NCBI GenBank assembly: GCA_043827025.1 | Contig: JBDRPL010000033.1 | Coordinates: forward strand, 1-12,080 | Source of the DNA: Candidatus Micrarchaeota archaeon | Lineage (GTDB): Archaea > Micrarchaeota > Micrarchaeia > Anstonellales > Bilamarchaeaceae | Direction: 5' to 3' | DNA length: 12,080 nt | In this document: in pieces, positions 7,425-12,080 of the stretch | Position numbering within the stretch: position 1 is the first letter of the stretch | Layout: each line of letters begins with the position of its first letter | The notes under the pieces: model-generated | The model's database searches: none | The model's input: the letters and a program-made list of their open reading frames with translations, nothing else | What the model was told of the DNA's origin: nothing | Translations under genes and position numbers: made by a program

Positions 7425-8225
7425 ATGGACTTAAAGAAGATTTTTGTATTGTTTTTTCTGAACATAATACTTACCCTCTTGCTCATAACCACATTCAATA
7501 CATATTCAAACGAACTTGGATTCATTTTTATTCTGATCTGCCTAAGTATAATTTATATTTATTTGGGATATGAAGCATCATATGCGTATGGAATATGGAA
7601 ATCTTCCATCATAGTTCTTTTGTTTTTCCTTTTCTCATCCATGATTACAAAAAGCATAAATGTTCATGGCATGGGAGAGCAGCCACTCATTGAAGAGTTT
7701 GCATCGCTGATATGGCCTTCAATTATTCCAATCATACTTGGAATCATAGGCTTAAGGATACGTGAATGGAAAAACAACCTAAAAAAAGTCAAAATGCCCA
7801 AGAAAGACAGTTCTACATTGGACATGAAAAAAAGCCTCAGGAACTCATCACAGGCAATTTTCTTGTTCTTTATGTTAAATATTTTTATATTCTTTATGGC
7901 TTTCTTTGGAATTCTAAAGGATGAAGAAACCAACATAATAGGCTACTTTACCTTCGTGATATTGAATTTTATCTTATATATATACATAGCAAAAGAATCG
8001 AAAGGCCCTATACTTTCAGCCATTTTTGTAAACCTTGTTACTCTATTGGTGTTTCTGATATTATGCAATATTGCCCTACAGATGCTTTTCCCGAAACTAC
8101 TGGGAATTGCCTTGCAGATTACAGGAATTGAACGTTTGTTTTATATGAATGACCTGGGTAAAACATTAATCTGGACGGCAATAGCAGTACTTGCAGGAGT
8201 TATTGGATATAAACTAAGGGAATGA
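7425..8225 (+). CDS. Integral membrane protein (about 8 TM, two tandem 4-TM repeats), function unknown
   Basis: Long hydrophobic segments. The halves align (IFVLFFLNI/IFLFFMLNI; YIYLGYE/YIYIAKE; LGIIGLRIRE/AGVIGYKLRE). Strong Shine-Dalgarno ggaggagg upstream. Confidence 0.8.
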   Translation: MDLKKIFVLFFLNIILTLLLITTFNTYSNELGFIFILICLSIIYIYLGYEASYAYGIWKSSIIVLLFFLFSSMITKSINVHGMGEQPLIEEFASLIWPSIIPIILGIIGLRIREWKNNLKKVKMPKKDSSTLDMKKSLRNSSQAIFLFFMLNIFIFFMAFFGILKDEETNIIGYFTFVILNFILYIYIAKESKGPILSAIFVNLVTLLVFLILCNIALQMLFPKLLGIALQITGIERLFYMNDLGKTLIWTAIAVLAGVIGYKLRE

Positions 8226-9019
8226 TCATGTCCACCCGCATAATGTCCATCCTTAATGTCACTCCAGACTCCTTCTTTGATGGAGGCAGATACTCCCAGC
8301 TCCAGAAGGCTGTGGAACGGGCCGTTTTGATGGAGAGTGAAGGGGCGGACTATATTGACGTGGGCGGGGAAAGCACCAGACCTGGAAGCGAGCCTGTAAG
8401 TGCTGAGGAAGAGGCCAAACGGGTTATTCCTGTCATCAAATCGCTGGCAAAGGAGGTTTCTATTCCCATCTCAATAGACAGCTACAAGTTCGAAACAATA
8501 GAAAAGGCTGTTGATGCTGGAGCTAGCTTTGTCAATGACATAACTGGATTGAAAGACGAGCGAATACGAAGAATAGTGGCTGAAAACGATCTGGAAGCCT
8601 GTATAATGCACATGCTTGGAACTCCAAAGACAATGCAACAGAAGCCAAATTATACTGACGTTGTGAAGGAAGTTGGAGAGTTCTTGAAAGAGAGGAGAGA
8701 TGTGGCGCTGGAAGAAGGAATAAAGAAAAACAAACTCTATCTTGATCCAGGAATAGGATTCGGAAAAACAACTGAACAGAACTGGAAACTGTTGAATTCA
8801 CTGAAAGAGTTCAAGAAAATAGGAAAGGTATTGATTGGGGCTTCTAGAAAGAGCTTTATTGGAAAGTTTTTTGGATCCGAGGAAAAACCGCTTCCGGTGG
8901 AAGAAAGATTGCAGGGAAGCCTGGAGATAGCGAAGTTGTGCATTAAACAGAATGTAGATATATTACGCGTTCATGACACGAGAGAAACAAGGCTCTTCTC
9001 TAATTGTGTTAAAGTATAG
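8222..9019 (+). CDS. folP: Dihydropteroate synthase
   Basis: ILNVTPDSFFDGG, DVGGESTRPG, ISIDSYK, NDITG, MHM, DPGIGFGKT, GASRKSFIG and LRVHD. Start is 8222 (ATGA overlap with the upstream stop) or 8228. Confidence 0.97.
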   Translation: MIMSTRIMSILNVTPDSFFDGGRYSQLQKAVERAVLMESEGADYIDVGGESTRPGSEPVSAEEEAKRVIPVIKSLAKEVSIPISIDSYKFETIEKAVDAGASFVNDITGLKDERIRRIVAENDLEACIMHMLGTPKTMQQKPNYTDVVKEVGEFLKERRDVALEEGIKKNKLYLDPGIGFGKTTEQNWKLLNSLKEFKKIGKVLIGASRKSFIGKFFGSEEKPLPVEERLQGSLEIAKLCIKQNVDILRVHDTRETRLFSNCVKV

Positions 9020-9032
9020 GAAAAAGTGAATG

Positions 9033-9040
9033 TTTATAAA
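9033..9040 (+). promoter_or_regulatory. Putative TATA box for the helical-repeat gene
   Basis: TTTATAAA. The spacing fits ATG 9065 (25-32 nt) better than ATG 9056. Confidence 0.45.
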
Positions 9041-9055
9041 GAGATGCATGCATAA

Positions 9056-9751
9056 ATGAGTTATATGACTCCAAAAGAAGTTAAACGTTTCATTGCAGGC
9101 GCAAGAACGCCCCCTCCAGTCTCAACAGGGAAGGGTAGTACTTTTGATCGTTACCATAGCGGACCAGGCACAGGACCATCAGGCGGAAGATCAGAGACAA
9201 CTAACATCATATATTATTTAAGAAACGAAAATGGAGAAGTGATTCCTATAGGGAAGCTACCTTCAGAACCCACAATGACAAGCGTCCAGCCGGTTTGTTC
9301 CGTAGAAGAGGAACATGCAGGACTGCAAGCTGAAAAGAAATCAAATCGTTTCGCACGCGGGGCATTTAAATATTTAGAATCAGTAAATGATGGTTCCGCA
9401 GACCTGAAAAGAGAGGACATAGCAACTGCTGCCAAAATGTTGGAAAAAGCCATAGGTCTTACAGCTGATCCGGAAAAAAAGGCGGTATACATTGCCAAGC
9501 TCGGAGAACTGATTTATAGAGCTACAGCTATTGAACTAAACCCTGGAAAAAACGAAGAGCTCTACAGGCTAGCTGGCATTAAATATGTTGAGGCAACAGA
9601 ATTTACACAAAATGCTGCAATGAGAATGGAATGGCTTATATATGCCATAGATGCTTACACCAATGCATCTGAATTAGCAGAAACCCCAGAACAAAAGAAA
9701 ATATATGTCGAAATGATGAATGCTCTCAAAGAAGCACTGAAACAGAGCTAA
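9056..9751 (+). CDS. Hypothetical protein: Pro/Gly/Ser-rich N-terminus plus 24-aa helical (TPR/SNAP-like) repeats
   Basis: 231-aa ORF with an upstream TATA box and 24-residue periodicity in aa 122-217. Confidence 0.75.
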   Translation: MSYMTPKEVKRFIAGARTPPPVSTGKGSTFDRYHSGPGTGPSGGRSETTNIIYYLRNENGEVIPIGKLPSEPTMTSVQPVCSVEEEHAGLQAEKKSNRFARGAFKYLESVNDGSADLKREDIATAAKMLEKAIGLTADPEKKAVYIAKLGELIYRATAIELNPGKNEELYRLAGIKYVEATEFTQNAAMRMEWLIYAIDAYTNASELAETPEQKKIYVEMMNALKEALKQS

Positions 9752-10134
9752 AGAAAGAGATAGTAGCTAAGCTTGTGCTGATTTGTAACCTGAATGACTT
9801 CTACATCTCTTATTATTTCAAAGAACTTGTTCTTCAGGTCACGTAAAAAATTATCAAGCTGTTGCTGGCTTTCAACTTCTACTTCCAGATCAAGGTCATG
9901 ATCTCCAAGGAGATTCACAAGATAAACAGAGTTTGAATGGGATTTGCAGTAGTTTTCAAGCTTCTTTCTTGCTGTTTCTGACGAATTGGAGAGATTCACG
10001 GAAACAATGAAGAAAAATAAGTTTATCTTCGAGAAATTGAAACTAAGTTTATGGCCTTTGATTATTCCTAGTTTTTCCATCCTCTTTATCCTTGAACGCA
10101 CTGTGTCAATGCTTGAATTGACGATATCGGCAAG
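9748..10134 (-). pseudogene. 5'-truncated Lrp/AsnC family transcriptional regulator
   Basis: LADIVNSSIDTVRSRIKRMEKLGII (HTH helices 2-3) plus RAM domain (LLGDHDLDLEVEVES...LDNFLRDLK). The first HTH helix is missing. The ORF's first ~27 aa (10135-10215) are the antisense of a proC remnant. Confidence 0.78.
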
Positions 10135-10246
10135 CGGAACCACGGCCGCAGGCCTGGATGTTGCGCGTGATCTGGATATGGCAGGTATCTTCACAAGAGT
10201 TGTCGAACGAGCCATCGAAAGGGCAGGTGAAATGCAAAGAATTTAA
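10135..10246 (+). pseudogene. proC: 3' remnant of pyrroline-5-carboxylate reductase (dimerisation domain tail)
   Basis: GTTAAGLDVARDLDMAGIFTRVVERAIERAGEMQRI* matches the ProC C-terminal consensus (SPG)GTTxxGLxxL...AVxxAxxRAxEL. It is locally more GC-rich than the Lrp segment. Confidence 0.68.
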
Positions 10247-10269
10247 ACAAATGGCTGAGAAAACAAATC

Positions 10270-10812
10270 ATGCATGTTTTCATAGGCCTTGGCTCAAATC
10301 TTGGCGACAGGATGCACAATCTTGAAGTGGCAGTCCATAGAATAGAAGACAAATGCAAGCTTATCAAGAAATCCTCGATATATGAGACTGAACCCAAATA
10401 TTTCGCCAATCAGCCGAACTTCCTCAACATGGTTATTGAAGTTGAAACTGAGCTTGACCCTTATGAACTATTAGAGTTCCTCCAATTGGATGAAAAACAT
10501 CTTGGAAGGAACAAGGAAACTGAAGAGAGAAACTGCCCAAGAATAATAGATCTTGATATTTTATATTATAAAGGACTTGAAGTGGAAACTGAACGCTTGA
10601 CAATCCCTCACCCAAGAATGACTGAACGGGCATTTGTGATGATTCCTTTGATGGAAATAGCGCCTAAGATAAAAATAAGGGGGCTTGAGCCAAGAGAGAT
10701 AATAAGAAAGATGCCAAAGGAAGAAATTGAAGGGGTAAAGAAAATAACTAATGAAGTTCAACCCAGCAATCATTCCCCTGCCAAACCTTTAGATGAAGGC
10801 CATAACCCTTAA
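10270..10812 (+). CDS. folK: 2-amino-4-hydroxy-6-hydroxymethyldihydropteridine diphosphokinase (HPPK)
   Basis: IGLGSNLGDR, SSIYETEP, FLNMV, PRIIDLDIL and LTIPHPRMTERAFVMIPL. Confidence 0.97.
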   Translation: MHVFIGLGSNLGDRMHNLEVAVHRIEDKCKLIKKSSIYETEPKYFANQPNFLNMVIEVETELDPYELLEFLQLDEKHLGRNKETEERNCPRIIDLDILYYKGLEVETERLTIPHPRMTERAFVMIPLMEIAPKIKIRGLEPREIIRKMPKEEIEGVKKITNEVQPSNHSPAKPLDEGHNP

Positions 10813-11077
10813 ACTTCGATTTGAGGTCCTTATAAAGCAAAGAAGAGAAAACCTCTGCAGTAGGGTTCTTCATGAAATCATTGAGTGTCTTATAATTATA
10901 TTTGGAAAGAACTTCTTTTACCATGGATTTCAGATTTTCAAAGCCAAGTAGGTAGTCGCCTTCAGGAATTCCTTCGATTGAAACCTCTATCTTATAGGTG
11001 TGGCCATGCATCTCGTATTGCCTTTCGACTTTCGTCTTGTGTGCACAATTAATATATTCGACTATTCCGATCTTCAT
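10748..11077 (-). CDS. 6-pyruvoyl-tetrahydropterin synthase family protein (COG0720), lacking the catalytic-position Cys
   Basis: AH...HGHTY Zn-binding His residues, LNDFMKNPTAE, and C-terminal KVWQG. Start set at ATG 11077, with SD GGAGG and an ATGA overlap with the folE2 stop. Confidence 0.9.
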   Translation of the reverse strand: MKIGIVEYINCAHKTKVERQYEMHGHTYKIEVSIEGIPEGDYLLGFENLKSMVKEVLSKYNYKTLNDFMKNPTAEVFSSLLYKDLKSKFKGYGLHLKVWQGNDCWVELH

Positions 11078-11808
11078 AACATCCCCTCCCATTCACTGAA
11101 AACATTGAATGGATTCAGGCTTTCGTATGCAACTGATTCCACTTTCGCATACCTGCCCTTGAACTTCTTCGATAGCGAAGATACGCATGCGCGAGTTATA
11201 TCTTCAACGAATTTTGGATTTTTATACATCTTTTCAATGACTTCGCTTTCCTGCTCTCCGCTGAGGCTTAGGAAAAGCGGTGAAGAGAACGAAGTTTCTG
11301 CAATCCTGCACAAATCAGTTGCATCGATGTCATTTGAACTCTGAATGAATACATAGATTTTAGCGCGCTGATTGTGCGAATTGCCATTCTTCTCGCATTT
11401 GCAAGGGCAAACAGAACTTCCTGAAATCGAAATACCAACCAGCTGACTCTCCTTTCCATCCTTCAGCTCATAGGTGCCAAACAGATCTCCAACCTTGCCA
11501 TGGCCATAGCCCATCTTGGTCACAAGCTTCACAAAAACATTCTTGGCCTGCTTATTCTTTGCTAATACGGTAGTTGCAATATCCTTAGCCAACACTTCAA
11601 CAGCACTGCTCTTCTTCGGGATTTCAAGGTCTTCAACAAAATGGCGAATGTGGATCCCTTTCAGATTTTCAGGAAGGTCAACACTCATCTCCAGCTTCAC
11701 AATTACCTTGTATTCCTCAGAATTTCTTTTGATAGTTATGGGATATTCTAGGTCAGTTATGCCAACTCGATTTAATCGAATCAGATTGTCTGGTTTTCTA
11801 TCCTGCAT
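11074..11808 (-). CDS. folE2: GTP cyclohydrolase FolE2/MptA family (GCYH-IB / IV), divergent
   Basis: QD...RVGI, VDLP...KGIH, CPC, HNQR, NPKFVED and ES motifs. Confidence 0.9.
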   Translation of the reverse strand: MQDRKPDNLIRLNRVGITDLEYPITIKRNSEEYKVIVKLEMSVDLPENLKGIHIRHFVEDLEIPKKSSAVEVLAKDIATTVLAKNKQAKNVFVKLVTKMGYGHGKVGDLFGTYELKDGKESQLVGISISGSSVCPCKCEKNGNSHNQRAKIYVFIQSSNDIDATDLCRIAETSFSSPLFLSLSGEQESEVIEKMYKNPKFVEDITRACVSSLSKKFKGRYAKVESVAYESLNPFNVFSEWEGML

Positions 11809-11816
11809 TTAGAACA

Positions 11817-12044
11817 CTATTGCTTTGTTTTATCTTTTTTGTCAGAAGGCGGACTATGCAGCATGCTCTGGACCTTGCCAATTATTTCATCTTCAGTCAC
11901 AGGAGTCTTTGCAGATTTATCCCTGACTTCTATAAGATAATCCGTATAGGATTTGTTAATTGATATAAGGCTGGATGACTGCTCGAATCGAATAGTGTCA
12001 ACATTCTTTGTTTTCTTCTTGATATCATTCATGTCGAGTTCCAT
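11817..12044 (-). CDS. Small hypothetical protein, first gene of the putative hyp-folE2-PTPS operon
   Basis: 75-aa ORF ending 8 nt before the folE2 start, with a TATA-like box upstream. Confidence 0.6.
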   Translation of the reverse strand: MELDMNDIKKKTKNVDTIRFEQSSSLISINKSYTDYLIEVRDKSAKTPVTEDEIIGKVQSMLHSPPSDKKDKTKQ

Positions 12045-12066
12045 GGTAAAAGTAATAGTGGCAGAG

Positions 12067-12074
12067 GTTTAAAT
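12067..12074 (-). promoter_or_regulatory. Putative TATA box for the hyp-folE2-PTPS operon
   Basis: ATTTAAAC on - strand, 23-30 nt upstream of ATG 12044. Confidence 0.5.
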
Positions 12075-12080
12075 ATCTGT

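Noticed and set aside
9748..10215. Intact 155-aa Lrp regulator as in the ORF track
   Set aside because: The first ~27 aa do not resemble HTH helix 1 and are better explained as antisense of the proC remnant.
9986..10246. 86-aa + strand ORF as a real gene
   Set aside because: Its first ~49 codons are antisense to Lrp; only the tail is ProC-like.
10748..11077. queD (queuosine/archaeosine pathway) assignment
   Set aside because: It lacks the CxxxHGH Cys and its context is folK/folP rather than queC/queE, so the symbol was withheld.
611..11812. Remaining short ORFs in the track (e.g. 611-823, 1258-1521, 2593-2823, 5751-6032, 9214-9498, 11000-11344, 11516-11812)
   Set aside because: They are antisense or alternate-frame shadows of well-supported genes with no recognisable motifs.

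Overview
Archaeal DNA, probably DPANN (Micrarchaeota-like). This is inferred from an aSelBL gene, a LonB-type ATPase, TATA boxes about 22-30 nt upstream of ATGs and a DPANN-style Lrp remnant. The left part has a GC-rich structured element cut by the window edge, an aSelBL gene, a convergent pair of truncated YhcG/DUF1016-N and AlbA_2(Schlafen-like)-HATPase_c_4-wHTH genes, and a protease-less, Zn-ribbon-containing Lon-like AAA+ ATPase. The middle has a short membrane ORF, a large lipoprotein-like S8 subtilase with a beta-propeller, and an internally duplicated membrane protein. The right part is a pterin/folate cluster: bacterial-type folP and folK, a divergent folE2/mptA and a Cys-less PTPS-family gene that probably bypasses FolB. 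Between folP and folK lie a 24-aa helical-repeat gene and a sharp junction near 10134 that joins the 3' part of an Lrp/AsnC gene (-) to the 3' tail of proC (+). No rRNA, tRNA, CRISPR array or transposase was recognised. All family calls come from motif recognition by eye, not database searches.
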